From NCBI GenBank assembly GCA_963770955.1, contig CAVYRK010000007.1, positions 10,799-74,798 of the forward strand: a stretch of 64,000 bases of DNA, given 5' to 3'. The stretch comes from an uncultured Actinomycetota bacterium (lineage in GTDB: Bacteria > Actinomycetota > UBA4738). Every line of letters begins with the position of its first letter. Position 1 is the stretch's first letter. Below the pieces are notes generated by a model. That model made no database searches, was not told where the DNA came from, and saw only the letters and a program-made list of their open reading frames with translations. Made by a program: the position numbers and the translations under genes. This document shows positions 16,878 through 30,407 of the stretch, in pieces.

Positions 16878-18145
16878 GAGCCCGCTGGCGCGGACCCGGG
16901 CTCGCGGCGGACGTCGGCGCCCAGCGCGGTGAGCTTCGCCTCCAGGCCCTCGTAGCCGCGGTCGAGGTGGTAGACGTGGCTGATCTCGGTGCAGCCGTCC
17001 GCCGCGAGCGCGGCGACCACCATCGCCGCTCCGGCGCGGATGTCGAGCGCGCGCACCGGCGCGGCCGACAGCCGGTCGACGCCGCGCACCACCGAATGGT
17101 GCCCCTCGGTCCGGATGTCGGCGCCCATGCGCAGCAACTCGTCGACGAACATGAAGCGGCTCTCGAACACGTTCTCGGTGGCGATGCTCGTGCCGTCGGC
17201 AACGGCCAGCATCGCCATCATCTGCGGCTGGAGGTCGGTGGGGAACCCGGGATACGGAAGCGTCACGAAGTCGATCGCCTTCGGGCGCCCGGCCATGGCC
17301 ACGCGCAGGCCGTCATCCTCGACATCGAGAGCGGCGCCCGCGTCGGCGAGCTTCGCCAGGAACAGGTCCAGGTGGTCCGCCCGCGCGCCCCGCAGCAGCA
17401 CGTCGCCCCCCGTCGCGCAGGCGGCGAGGGCGAACGTCCCGGCCTCGACGCGGTCCGGCACCACGCGGTGCGTGACGGCATGCAGCCCGCCGGTTCCCTG
17501 GATCTCGATCGTCGTCGAGCCGGCGCCCTCGACCTTCGCGCCCATCTCGATGAGCATCCCTGCCAGGTCCTGGATCTCCGGCTCGCGGGCGGCGTTCTCG
17601 ACCACGGTCGTCCCGGTGGCCCCGACGGCCGCCATCAGCACGTTCTCGGTCGCGCCCACGCTCGGGAAGTCGAGCGACACGTACGCCCCGTGCAGCTGCG
17701 GCGCCTCGGCCAGCAGGTAGCCGTGCTCGTAGGAGAACGTGGCTCCCATGCGCTCGAGCCCCTTCAGGTGCAGGTCGATCTTGCGCGAGCCGATGTTGCA
17801 GCCGCCCGGCATGGCCACGCGGGCCCGGCCGTGGCGGGCGAGCAGCGGCCCCAGGACCACGATGGACGCCCGCATCGCGCGGACCAGCTCGTAGGGCGCC
17901 TCGATCCCATCGGCGTCGGACGCGTCCACGGCGAGCGTGGAGTCCTGCCAGGTGACGCGCGCGCCGAGGTGCTCGAGCACCTCGCTCATCGTCAGGCAGT
18001 CCGCGATACGGGGCGCACCCTGGATGACGGTCTCACCCGGGGCGAGCAGGGCCGCCGCCATCAGCTTGAGCGCCGAGTTCTTCGCTCCGGAGACGGCGAC
18101 GGTGCCCGAGAGGCGGCGTCCGCCGCTGATCAGCAACCGGTCCAT
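16874..18145 (-). CDS. murA: UDP-N-acetylglucosamine 1-carboxyvinyltransferase
   Basis: Starts at MDRLLISGG (ATG 18143-18145). GAKNSALK, the catalytic Cys loop (MPGGCNIGSR) and a full-length match to the MurA pattern. Confidence 0.95.
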   Translation of the reverse strand: MDRLLISGGRRLSGTVAVSGAKNSALKLMAAALLAPGETVIQGAPRIADCLTMSEVLEHLGARVTWQDSTLAVDASDADGIEAPYELVRAMRASIVVLGPLLARHGRARVAMPGGCNIGSRKIDLHLKGLERMGATFSYEHGYLLAEAPQLHGAYVSLDFPSVGATENVLMAAVGATGTTVVENAAREPEIQDLAGMLIEMGAKVEGAGSTTIEIQGTGGLHAVTHRVVPDRVEAGTFALAACATGGDVLLRGARADHLDLFLAKLADAGAALDVEDDGLRVAMAGRPKAIDFVTLPYPGFPTDLQPQMMAMLAVADGTSIATENVFESRFMFVDELLRMGADIRTEGHHSVVRGVDRLSAAPVRALDIRAGAAMVVAALAADGCTEISHVYHLDRGYEGLEAKLTALGADVRREPGSAPAGS

Positions 18146-18224
18146 AGACCCGACGATTCTAGGCCCCGACCTGCGGCAACAGCCTGAAGACACCGTGGCA
18201 AACCCATGTTGACCGGCTGCAGGA

Positions 18225-18620
18225 TCAGCTTCGGCCCTTCACCCGGATCCGCGTCAGGGCCCGGGCCAGGTCGGCTCGCCTCGCGGCGTTGCCCTGCGCG
18301 AGCTCCTGCTCCGCGTCGGCGCGATTGCGCTCCGCCTCTGCCACGTCGATCTCGCTCTCGAGCTCGGCGTGCTCGGCCAGGATGTCGACGCGGGTGTCGT
18401 CGCCCCGGCTCGTGACGTGCAGGAATCCGCCGTCCACCGCCACGCCCTCCACCCGCTCGCCCTGGTGGATGAACAGGGGGCCGATCGCGAGCGCGATCAG
18501 CATGGGAGCGTGCCCCTTCAGGACCCCGACGTCGCCCTCGACGCCGCGCGCGACGACCATGGTGGCCTCGCCCGTCCACACCTCCCGCTCGGGGGTGACC
18601 AGATGCACGTCGAGCGCCAT
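18225..18620 (-). CDS. atpC: F1 ATP synthase epsilon subunit
   Basis: 131 aa, LDVHLVTPEREVW...GGFLHV..., positioned after atpD. Confidence 0.9.
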   Translation of the reverse strand: MALDVHLVTPEREVWTGEATMVVARGVEGDVGVLKGHAPMLIALAIGPLFIHQGERVEGVAVDGGFLHVTSRGDDTRVDILAEHAELESEIDVAEAERNRADAEQELAQGNAARRADLARALTRIRVKGRS

Positions 18621-18622
18621 CG

Positions 18623-20976
<2,354 letters not shown>

Positions 20977-22668
20977 CTACGGCGCCCCCACGGACCCCTC
21001 GCCGGCCGGACCGGCCGCCTCGCGGAACTCCTCCTCCGTCGGGCGGCGGTACCGGCGCAGCCGCTCCTGCTCCTCCTCGGTGAGGCCCTGGGCCGCTTCC
21101 TCTTCGACGGGCGCCCCCGTCGTTCCCGAGGGGACGAAGTCGCGCTTGAACTCCTCGACCGCCGCGCGCAGCTGCTCCTCCACCTCGGGCGGGAAGTCGC
21201 CCTTCTCCAGGATGTGCTGGGCGATCTCGGGATGGTTCGCGTCGAGCCAGGCGTGCAGGCCCTCCTCGAACCGCTTGGCGTCGGCCGCCGGGAGGGCGTC
21301 GATCAGGCCGTTGGTGACGAACCAGATCGAGATGACCTGCTTGTCCACCGGCATCGGCTGGTACTGCGGCTGCTTCAGGATCTCGACGACGCGCTGGCCG
21401 CGGTCGAGCTGCGCCTGCGAGGCCTTGTCCAGCTCGGTCCCGAGCTGGGCGAACGCCTCCAGGGCACGGAACTGCGCCAGGTCGATCCGCAGGCGGCCGG
21501 CCACCTGCTTCATGGCCTTGATCTGCGCGTTGCCGCCGACGCGCGACACGGAGATGCCGACGTTGATCGCGGGACGAACGCCCGAGTAGAACAGGTCCGG
21601 CTCCAGGTAGATCTGTCCGTCGGTGATCGAGATGACGTTCGTCGGGATGTAGGCCGACACGTCGTTGCCCTTGGTCTCCACGATCGGCAGGCCCGTGAGC
21701 GATCCGCCGCCGAGGTCGTCGGACAGCTTCGCGCAGCGCTCCAGCAACCGGGAGTGCAGGTAGAAGACGTCGCCCGGGTAGGCCTCGCGGCCGGCGGGAC
21801 GGCGCAGCAGCAGCGAGATCGTTCGGTAGGCCTCGGCCTGCTTCGAGAGGTCGTCGAAGACGATCAGCGCGTGCTCACCCTGGTACATCCAGTGCTGGCC
21901 GAGCGCGGAGCCGGAGTACGGCGCCAGGTACTTGAACGGCGCCGGGAACCCTGCCGAGGCGTCCACGACGACCGTGTACTCCATCGCGCCGTTCTCCTCG
22001 AGCGCGCCCACGACCTCGCGGACGGTGGACCCCTTCTGGCCCATCGCCACGTAGATGCACTTCACGCGCTGCTTCGGGTCGCCCGACTCCCAGCCGGCGC
22101 GCTGGTTGATGATCGCGTCGATCGCGATCGCCGTCTTGCCGGTCTGCCGGTCGCCGATGATCAGCTCGCGCTGGCCCCGGCCGATCGCCGTCATGGAGTC
22201 GATGGCCTTGATGCCCGTGTACAGCGGTTCCTTCACCGGCTGCCGCTGGACCACGGTCGGCGCCTGGATCTCCAGGGGCCGGCGGTCGTCGGCGGCGATC
22301 TCGCCCTTGCCGTCCAGTGCCCGCCCCAGCGGGTCGACCACCCGGCCGAGGAACCCGTTCCCAACGGGAATGGAGAGCACCTCGCCGGTGCGCTTGACCT
22401 CCTCGCCCTCCTCGATGCCGGAGGCGTCGCCCAGGACGACGCAGCCGATCTCGCGCTCCTCCAGGTTGAACGCGATGCCGAGGACGCCGCCGGAGAACTC
22501 CAGCAGCTCGTTCGCCATGGTCGAGGGCAGGCCCTCCACCCTGGCGATTCCGTCCCCGGTCATCACGACCCGGCCGACCTCTTCGCGGGCGACCTGGGGC
22601 GAGAACGACTCGACGTGCTTGCGCAGCGCCGTCGTGATCTCCTCGGGCCGAATCGTCAGCTCCGCCAC
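20977..22668 (-). CDS. atpA: F1 ATP synthase alpha subunit with a C-terminal extension
   Basis: 563 aa with GDRQTGKT P-loop and a canonical body. About 50 extra acidic/basic residues follow ...EEFKRDF. Confidence 0.97.
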   Translation of the reverse strand: MAELTIRPEEITTALRKHVESFSPQVAREEVGRVVMTGDGIARVEGLPSTMANELLEFSGGVLGIAFNLEEREIGCVVLGDASGIEEGEEVKRTGEVLSIPVGNGFLGRVVDPLGRALDGKGEIAADDRRPLEIQAPTVVQRQPVKEPLYTGIKAIDSMTAIGRGQRELIIGDRQTGKTAIAIDAIINQRAGWESGDPKQRVKCIYVAMGQKGSTVREVVGALEENGAMEYTVVVDASAGFPAPFKYLAPYSGSALGQHWMYQGEHALIVFDDLSKQAEAYRTISLLLRRPAGREAYPGDVFYLHSRLLERCAKLSDDLGGGSLTGLPIVETKGNDVSAYIPTNVISITDGQIYLEPDLFYSGVRPAINVGISVSRVGGNAQIKAMKQVAGRLRIDLAQFRALEAFAQLGTELDKASQAQLDRGQRVVEILKQPQYQPMPVDKQVISIWFVTNGLIDALPAADAKRFEEGLHAWLDANHPEIAQHILEKGDFPPEVEEQLRAAVEEFKRDFVPSGTTGAPVEEEAAQGLTEEEQERLRRYRRPTEEEFREAAGPAGEGSVGAP

Positions 22669-22687
22669 TTCAGCTCTCCTTCGGGTC

Positions 22688-23491
22688 TCAGCCGGCGAGC
22701 AGGCGCTCGCGCGCCGTCTCCAGTTGCCGTCTCACGGTTCCGTCGTACAGCTCGTCCCCCACGCGGACGGCAAGCGAGCCGACCACGGTGGGATCGAGGA
22801 CCACGTGCAGCTCCACGGGGCGGCCGACCGCCTCCTGCAGCGCGGCGGCGAGTCGCTGCCGGCGCCCCTCGTCCAGCTCGACCGCCGAGCGCACCTCGGC
22901 GACGACGCGGCCGCGACGGGCAGCGGCCATCGCCGCCAGTCCTGCCAGCGCGCGGTCGAGGTCGTGCGCCCTCCCGCGCGCGATCAGCTCGCGCACGAGC
23001 AGCAGCGTCTCGTCCGACGCCCTGCCGGTGAGCAGCTCCGCCAACACGGCCTGCTTCGCCTCGAGCGGCAGGACCGGGTCCGTGAGCGCCTGGCGGAGCT
23101 CTCCGGCCTGCGCGTAGATGCGCGAGAACCGGAAGACCTCGTCCTCGAGTCGCTCGAGGTCGCCGGCGCGATCGGCGGCCGTGAACACCGCTTCGGCAGC
23201 CAGCGCGTCCAGGTCCTCGGCCAGCACGTGCTCGCGGAGGCGGGCGCCCACCACGTCTTCGGCCACCGTCAGCGCGATGTCGGAGACACGACCACGCACG
23301 AGGTTCCCGAGCAGCGAGCGCTTCGCGTCGGGGGAGACGGCGGGGTCCGTCAGCGCCTTGCGCAGCCGCGGCTCGCGGTCGACCAGGTTGGCGAGCGCGA
23401 ACAACCCCTCGCCGGCCCGGAGCAATTCGCCGTGGTCCGCGCCCGCGAAGGCGCGGTCGGCGTTCTCTCGGAACGGATCGGCCATGCTCAT
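22688..23491 (-). CDS. atpH: F1 ATP synthase delta (OSCP) subunit, duplicated N-terminal domain
   Basis: 267 aa. The C-terminal half is typical OSCP ([15 protein letters not shown]...[28 protein letters not shown]). An internal repeat is visible (see findings). Confidence 0.9.
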   Translation of the reverse strand: MSMADPFRENADRAFAGADHGELLRAGEGLFALANLVDREPRLRKALTDPAVSPDAKRSLLGNLVRGRVSDIALTVAEDVVGARLREHVLAEDLDALAAEAVFTAADRAGDLERLEDEVFRFSRIYAQAGELRQALTDPVLPLEAKQAVLAELLTGRASDETLLLVRELIARGRAHDLDRALAGLAAMAAARRGRVVAEVRSAVELDEGRRQRLAAALQEAVGRPVELHVVLDPTVVGSLAVRVGDELYDGTVRRQLETARERLLAG

Positions 23492-24039
23492 TGGTTCGAT
23501 CCGCTCCCCCCGCTCGAAGCCAGATCGTCGATGTACCGATCGACCAGCGACAGCTGCCGCTCGCGGTCGAGCGAGTCGCCGATGACGCGGCCGGCCAGGT
23601 CGACGGCCAGCGATCCGACCTCGCGCCGGATCTCCGCGATGGCCCGCTCCCGCTCGCCGGCGATGTCCTCGCGGGCGCGCTCGATCATGCGGGTCGACTC
23701 CTCCTCGGCCCTCGCCTTCAGCTCGGTGCGGACCTGCTCGGCCGTGCGCCGGGCGTCCTCGAGGATCCGCGTGGACTCCTCACGCGCGGACGCGATCTGC
23801 GCCCGGTAGTCGGCCAGCAGGCCGGCGGCCTCCTCCCGGTCCTTCTCCGCGAACTCGATGTCCCCCCGGATCTTCTCCGTGCGGTCCCTCAGGGCCTTGG
23901 CCGCGTTGGGGAACGCGAACTTGGCCAGCAGGACGAACACGATGATGAACGCGATCGAGCCCCACAGCAGCTCGTTCGCCGAGGGAAGGATGGGGTTGCT
24001 CTCCTTCGCCACCAGGATGGCGGCAGGTACGAAAGACAC
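23488..24039 (-). CDS. atpF: F0 ATP synthase subunit b
   Basis: 183 aa: N-terminal TM segment then a long charged helix. ATGA overlap with atpH. Confidence 0.9.
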   Translation of the reverse strand: MSFVPAAILVAKESNPILPSANELLWGSIAFIIVFVLLAKFAFPNAAKALRDRTEKIRGDIEFAEKDREEAAGLLADYRAQIASAREESTRILEDARRTAEQVRTELKARAEEESTRMIERAREDIAGERERAIAEIRREVGSLAVDLAGRVIGDSLDRERQLSLVDRYIDDLASSGGSGSNQ

Positions 24040-24050
24040 GTCGACCGCCC

Positions 24051-25110
<1,060 letters not shown>

Positions 25111-25111
<1 letters not shown>

Positions 25112-25548
25112 CAGGCCCGGCTCCCATCCGAGGAGCCGGCGACGGGCCCGGCCGCCGGGGCCGCGGCCTGGGTGCGCACCAGCAGCACGGCCTCATAGGC
25201 GAACAGCAGCAGCCATGCGGGGGCGACCGCCAGCCCGAACGCCATCGGAGAGAACCACGACGTCAGCGACAGCGCGAACATCAGCCCGACGATGATCCCG
25301 AGGCGGACGATGAACCCGACCAGCACGACCAGCTGTACTGCAGCCAGGGACACGGTCGCCGCCCAGGCGAGGAGCTCGGCGCTGGCGACGAAGTTGGCGA
25401 GGGCCACGGCCACGCCGAGGGCCGCCGACCAGGCCGCGCCCGCGTCCGCGAACACCAGGCCGAGGACGAAGGCAAGCGCCGTCGCGGCCGCTCCGGGCAG
25501 GAGCGCCCGCGCGACCATCTCCCGCTCAGGTTCTCTGATTTCTTCCAT
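25111..25548 (-). CDS. AtpI-like hydrophobic protein (ATP synthase protein I family)
   Basis: This is the 3' part of the 616-aa read-through ORF 25111..26961: about 145 aa with 4 TM segments, directly upstream of atpB. The start is uncertain (ATG 25548 or 25518). Confidence 0.55.
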
Positions 25549-25750
25549 ACCGCACGAAGACGAGGTACATGGACGCTGCGAACCCCACCAGGAGCCCGAT
25601 GACAAGAAAGACGGAATCCGTGCCGAGCCAGCGATCGACCAACCAGCCGACGCCGCCCCAGACAAGCACCCCCGCGACCAGCGTTCCAATGATGGACCAC
25701 GCGATCCCAGAGTCGCCGCTCTCGTCCCCGCCATCGGGCTGTCCGGGCAT
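25526..25750 (-). CDS. AtpZ/AtpI2-like small membrane protein
   Basis: C-terminal 74 aa of track ORF 25526..25966, with ATG at 25748-25750. Two TM segments (IAWSIIGTLVAGVLVWGGVGWLVDRWLGT...VIGLLVGFAASMYLV) match the pattern of small subunit-like proteins preceding atpI. Confidence 0.55.
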   Translation of the reverse strand: MPGQPDGGDESGDSGIAWSIIGTLVAGVLVWGGVGWLVDRWLGTDSVFLVIGLLVGFAASMYLVFVRYGRNQRT

Positions 25751-25814
25751 GGGCGGGGGGAGTATAGCAACCTGCGGGAATGCGCCCCGCGCCGGTTCGG
25801 CGAGGGCGCCCTGC

Positions 25815-26961
25815 TCAGCCCTGCCGATCCGTCTGACCCGCTCGCGCGGCGGCCCGCTCGCCCCGGGCCGAGCGGACGGCGCGCCAGATGCGCGGGACCA
25901 GGGTCCCGATGACCACCAGGACGGCGAAGGCGACGGTGGCGGCCGCCACGCGGCTGCTGCTGACATAGGTCAGGCCCAGGGCCGAGCCGGCCAGGACCGC
26001 CGACCACAGGTACATGAGCAGCACCGTCTGTCGGTGACTGTGGCCCGACCTCCTGCAGCTGGTGGTGGATGTGCGCCTTGTCGGGCGCGAACACCGGGCG
26101 GCGGTTCCGCAGCCGGCGCAGGATCGCCAGGGCCACGTCCAGCAGCGGGACGGCCAGCACGAGCACCGGGATCAGCAGCGGGATCGAAAAGGCCGCGATG
26201 TCGTGACCCGTGGGCTGCAGGGTCCGCCCGATGGCCGAGATGGTGGCCGCGGCCATCAGCATGCCGAGGAGCATGCTGCCCGTGTCGCCCATGATGATGC
26301 GCGCGGGATGGAAGTTCCACGGAAGGAACCCGACGCAGGCGCCGGCCACCACCGCGCACAGGACCGGGGCCGCCTGCAGCGAGGCGAGCCCGCTGACGGG
26401 CGGGACCCGGTACGCGTACACGAAGAATGCCGCGGCGGCGATCGCGACGATGCCGGCGCAGAGCCCGTCGAGGCCGTCGATGAGGTTCACCGAGTTCACG
26501 ACGACCAGCACCCAGATGATCGTCAGTGGGACCGCCAGGTCGGCGCCCAGGGAGAGGACCCCCTGCTTCGGCACCCAGAAGAACAGCAGCTCGACGCCGT
26601 TCAGCACCAGGATGCCCGCGCAGACGATCTGCCCGGCGATCTTCGCCGGCGCCGACAGCGTCCGCAGGTCGTCGATGACGCCCAGGATCGCGACCGCCAC
26701 GCCGGCGAGCAGCGCCCCCTGCAGCTGCGACGAGAACCGGAACGCCGGGCGCAGCGCGGGTGACAGCCACGCGATGCCCATCCCCGCGCTGACCCCCAGG
26801 AGCATCGCGAGGCCGCCCATCGTCGGCGTCGGCCGCGCGTGGACCTTGCGAGCCGAGGGGTAGTCGATCGCCTTGACCCGGATGGCCAGCCTGCGCACCA
26901 GCGGCGTGGTCACCAGCGTCACCAGGGCGGTGGCGGCGAAGACGCCGAGGTACGCGTTCAT
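25815..26961 (-). pseudogene. wecA: UDP-GlcNAc:undecaprenyl-phosphate GlcNAc-1-phosphate transferase (WecA/Rfe, MraY family), one frameshift
   Basis: The N-terminal 300 aa include NLIDGLDGL and IMGDTGS. After DKAHIHHQLQEVG the frame moves to track ORF 25815..26024 (HSHRQTVLLMYLWSAVL...). The extra nt is in the C run at 26044-26046. Confidence 0.85.
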
Positions 26962-26965
26962 CGGG

Positions 26966-28234
26966 TCAGTCCGGGTACGGAGGGAAGCGCTCCATCAGGT
27001 CGCGGACGCGGCCGCGCGCCTTCTGGCGCACGCCGTCGTCGGCCGGCGCCTTCAGCACGTCGCCGATGATGTGGCCCACCTCCTGCAGCTCCGGCTCGTC
27101 CATGCCGAGCGTCGCCGGACCGGGCGTCCCCACACGGATCCCCGAGCCGGTGCTTGGCGGGAGCGGGTCGAACGGGATCGCGTTCTTGTTGAGCGCGATC
27201 CCGGCCTGCTCGCACAGCGCCTCGGCTTCGGCGCCGGTCATGCCGATCGGCTGCAGGTCGATCAGGGCCAGGTGCGAGTCGGTCCCGCCCGCGACGGGAC
27301 GCAGTCCCTCCTCCGCGAGCGTCGCGGCGAGCGCGCGCGCGGTCCGCACGATGCGCGCCGCGTAGTCCGCGAAGGACGGCTCCATCGCCTCCTTCAGCGC
27401 GACGGCCTTCGCCGCGATCACGTGCTCGAGCGGGCCGCCCTGCATCATCGGGAACACCGCCTTGTCGATCGCCTTGGCGTGCTCGGCCCTCGACAGGATC
27501 ATCGCGCCCCGGGGGCCGCGCAGCGTCTTGTGCGTCGTGAACGTGACGACGTCGGCGTACGGCACGGGGCTCGGGTACGCCCCGCCGGCGACGAGCCCGA
27601 TGAAGTGCGACGCGTCGACCATCAGGATCGCGTCCACCTCGTCGGCGATCCGGCGAAACGCGGCGAAGTCGATCGTGCGAGGGTAGGCGGTGTAGCCGGC
27701 CAGCAGGATGCGCGGCCGGTGCTGGCGCGCGAGGTCCCGGATGCGGTCCATGTCGAGCAGCTCGGTGTCCTTCTCCACCTCGTAGCCGACGAACGAGAAC
27801 CACTTGCCGGAGAAGTTGACCGGCGAGCCGTGCGTCAGGTGGCCGCCGTGCGGGAGGACGAGGCCGAGGACCTTCCGGCCCTCGTCCTTGGGGTCGAGGA
27901 ACGCACCGTAGACCGCCAGGTTCGCGGACGCGCCGGCGTGCGGTTGGACGTTCGCGTGGTCGGCCCCGAACAGCTGCTTCGCCCGCTCGATCGCCAGGTT
28001 CTCGGCCACGTCGACGAACTCGCAGCCGCCGTAGTAGCGATGCCCCGGGTAGCCCTCCGCGTACTTGTTGCCCATCGTGGAGCCGAGCGCGGCCAGCACG
28101 GCCGGGCTCGCGTAGTTCTCCGAGGCGATGAGCCGCAGCATCGACCGCTCGCGCCCGAGCTCGTCGGCGATGGCCCGCGCGATCTCCGGATCGGTGCGCT
28201 GCAACGCTTCCCAGTCGGCAACGTAGTCCTTCAT
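26966..28234 (-). CDS. glyA: serine hydroxymethyltransferase
   Basis: Starts at MKDYVADWE (ATG 28232-28234). LIASENY, the TTHKTLRGPRG PLP-lysine motif, full length. Confidence 0.95.
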   Translation of the reverse strand: MKDYVADWEALQRTDPEIARAIADELGRERSMLRLIASENYASPAVLAALGSTMGNKYAEGYPGHRYYGGCEFVDVAENLAIERAKQLFGADHANVQPHAGASANLAVYGAFLDPKDEGRKVLGLVLPHGGHLTHGSPVNFSGKWFSFVGYEVEKDTELLDMDRIRDLARQHRPRILLAGYTAYPRTIDFAAFRRIADEVDAILMVDASHFIGLVAGGAYPSPVPYADVVTFTTHKTLRGPRGAMILSRAEHAKAIDKAVFPMMQGGPLEHVIAAKAVALKEAMEPSFADYAARIVRTARALAATLAEEGLRPVAGGTDSHLALIDLQPIGMTGAEAEALCEQAGIALNKNAIPFDPLPPSTGSGIRVGTPGPATLGMDEPELQEVGHIIGDVLKAPADDGVRQKARGRVRDLMERFPPYPD

Positions 28235-28848
28235 CAGACTCCTCCCTCGCGCCTCGCGGCCCCGCCCGACTCGGCGAGCCCGGCGCCGAAGACCCCCGCG
28301 ACCACACGATCGCACAGCTGCCCGATCTCCCAGGCGGTCGCCCGGTACGCCTCCACCCCCAGCCCCAACGGGTCGGCGACGTCTTCGTCACGGCTCGGCG
28401 GGAGGGCGCCGCTCGCGCGCAGCCCCGCGGCGGCCGCGACCGCCTCCTCGAGCAGCCGGCCGTCGCCCTCGCCCGTAGGCGCCGGGCGGCCCGGGAGCTG
28501 GTCGAGCAGTCGCGCGAACTCCTTCAGCGTGAACGTCCTGCTCGCGGCGCCGTCCATCTGGGCGGCGATCGCGTCGCGATGCTCCGTGGCCATCGTGAGC
28601 ACCAGATCGGCCTCCCGGATCATCGGCGCCGTCATCCGCCGCGCCAGGTGTCCGCTGATGTCGACGCCGTTCTCGAGCATCGCCTGGACTCCCTCGGGCA
28701 TGGCCGGGGAGTCCTCCAACCCGTTCACGCCGCACGACGCGACGCCGACGCCCTCGACGCCCCGCGCGGCCAGCATCCCGCGCAGGAACCCCTCGGCCAT
28801 CGGCGACCGGCAGATGTTTCCCGTGCAGACGGCCAGGATCAGCGCCAC
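28234..28848 (-). CDS. low-molecular-weight protein phosphatase (YwlE-like)
   Basis: GTG at 28846-28848. It has the CTGNICRSP P-loop and a DVADP loop. At 204 aa it is longer than usual. Its stop overlaps the glyA ATG by 1 nt. Confidence 0.85.
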   Translation of the reverse strand: MALILAVCTGNICRSPMAEGFLRGMLAARGVEGVGVASCGVNGLEDSPAMPEGVQAMLENGVDISGHLARRMTAPMIREADLVLTMATEHRDAIAAQMDGAASRTFTLKEFARLLDQLPGRPAPTGEGDGRLLEEAVAAAAGLRASGALPPSRDEDVADPLGLGVEAYRATAWEIGQLCDRVVAGVFGAGLAESGGAARREGGV

Positions 28849-29531
28849 GAGGGGAAGTCTACCCACTCGGGGTCCGGCTCCGAAGCCTCCAGAACGGCCG
28901 CGAGACGCTCGCGGGTCAACGCGCCCGCGCGCAGCAGCCGGATGCGCGGCGGGTTGGTCAGGTCGATCACCGTCGACGGCTCGCCGGAGCCGGCGCCGGC
29001 GTCGTCCGCGATCGTCAGGTAGACGGCGACCTCGTCGCCGAATGCGGACAGCAGCCCCTCCGCCGTCTCCGCGGGCGGCTCGCCCGACCGGTTGGCGCTC
29101 GTGACGGCCAGCGGGCCCGTTCGCGCGAGCAGCGCCCCAGCGAGGGGGAGGTCCGGGACGCGCACGCCGATGGTGCCGCCGTCCTCCCCCAACGCCCATT
29201 CGGCCGCGCGCTCCCCTCGGGGCAGCACCATCGTGAGCGGCCCGGGCCACAACGCGGCGGCGAGGGCGTCCGCGAACGGAGTCCGCTCGACGAGCGCCAG
29301 GGCCTCGTCCGCCGAGGCGGTCAGCACCGCCAGGTTCAGCCCGCGCGGCCGCGCCTTGGCGTCGAACAGGCGCGCCGTCGCCCGCGTATCGTCGGGCCGG
29401 CACGCGATGCCGTACACGGTCTCGGTGGGCATCACCACGAGGTCGCCGCCGCGAAGCGCGAGCGCCGCCGCCTCCAGCGCGGCCTCGCTTCGCTCCGGTT
29501 GGAGCGGATCGACGGGCGCGATCCGGCTCAC
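28839..29531 (-). CDS. tsaC: L-threonylcarbamoyladenylate synthase (TsaC/YwlC/Sua5 family)
   Basis: The GTG at 29529-29531 overlaps the prmC stop (GTGA). Motifs: VMPTETVYGIAC, TSANRSGEP, PSTVIDL. Confidence 0.85.
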   Translation of the reverse strand: MSRIAPVDPLQPERSEAALEAAALALRGGDLVVMPTETVYGIACRPDDTRATARLFDAKARPRGLNLAVLTASADEALALVERTPFADALAAALWPGPLTMVLPRGERAAEWALGEDGGTIGVRVPDLPLAGALLARTGPLAVTSANRSGEPPAETAEGLLSAFGDEVAVYLTIADDAGAGSGEPSTVIDLTNPPRIRLLRAGALTRERLAAVLEASEPDPEWVDFPSWR

Positions 29532-30403
29532 GAACCCGCGACGTCGGGTGCCGCGCTGCCCAGGGGCAGCCGCCCGGCCGCCACGCGGTCTCGGCCGTTC
29601 AGATCCTGCCGAATGGAGACGTCCTCGAAGCCGGCATCGGCGAGCAGGGCGCCGACCTCGGCGGCCTGCGCCTCGCCGATCTCCAGCACGAGCCACCCCC
29701 CGGGACGCAGCCACGTGTGCGCGTCGTCCGCGATGCGCGCGTGGACCTCGGTGCCGCCGACCAGCGCCCGGTACGGGTCGCGGCGGACCTCGATCGGCAA
29801 GTCCTCGTACTCGGCCTCGGTGAGGTACGGCGGGTTGCTCACGATCAGGTCGACGCGGCCGCGCAGCGACGGGTCGAGCGGCGAGAGGAGGTCCCCCTCA
29901 CGGACGTCGACCGACACCCCGATCCGGCGCGCGTTCTCCCGCGCGAGGGCGACCGCCTCCGGCGACACGTCGGTCGCGGACACCACGGCGTCCGGTCGGC
30001 GGCCCGCGAGCGTGACGGCGATCGCGCCGGTGCCGGTCCCGACGTCGACGACGACCGGCGCGGTCACGCCGTCGATCGCGTCGAGGGCGGCCATCGCGAC
30101 GATCTCGGTCTCCGGCCGCGGAACGAACACCCCCGGGCGCACGGTCAGCGTCCGGTCGAGGAACGCCTGCTCGCCGGTCAGGTGCTGGAGCGGCGTCCCC
30201 GCGCACCGGCGGCAGAGCGCGCGGCCGAACAGCCGCGCACTTTGGGTGTCGAGTCCCTCGCGGCGCGCGTACAGGCCGGCGCGGTCGGTCCCCAGGACGT
30301 GCATCAGCAGCGTTTCGGCGTTCGCGGTCGGGCTCTCCACGCCGTGGCGCTCGAGGTAGGCGGCGGAACGCCGAATCAGTTCGGCGGGGGTGGGGCCGGC
30401 CAC
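29528..30403 (-). CDS. prmC: release factor glutamine N5-methyltransferase
   Basis: VDVGTGTGAIA SAM motif and the NPPY catalytic motif (IVSNPPYL). The start is taken as the GTG at 30401-30403, just after the prfA stop. Confidence 0.85.
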   Translation of the reverse strand: MAGPTPAELIRRSAAYLERHGVESPTANAETLLMHVLGTDRAGLYARREGLDTQSARLFGRALCRRCAGTPLQHLTGEQAFLDRTLTVRPGVFVPRPETEIVAMAALDAIDGVTAPVVVDVGTGTGAIAVTLAGRRPDAVVSATDVSPEAVALARENARRIGVSVDVREGDLLSPLDPSLRGRVDLIVSNPPYLTEAEYEDLPIEVRRDPYRALVGGTEVHARIADDAHTWLRPGGWLVLEIGEAQAAEVGALLADAGFEDVSIRQDLNGRDRVAAGRLPLGSAAPDVAGS

Positions 30404-30407
30404 CCGG

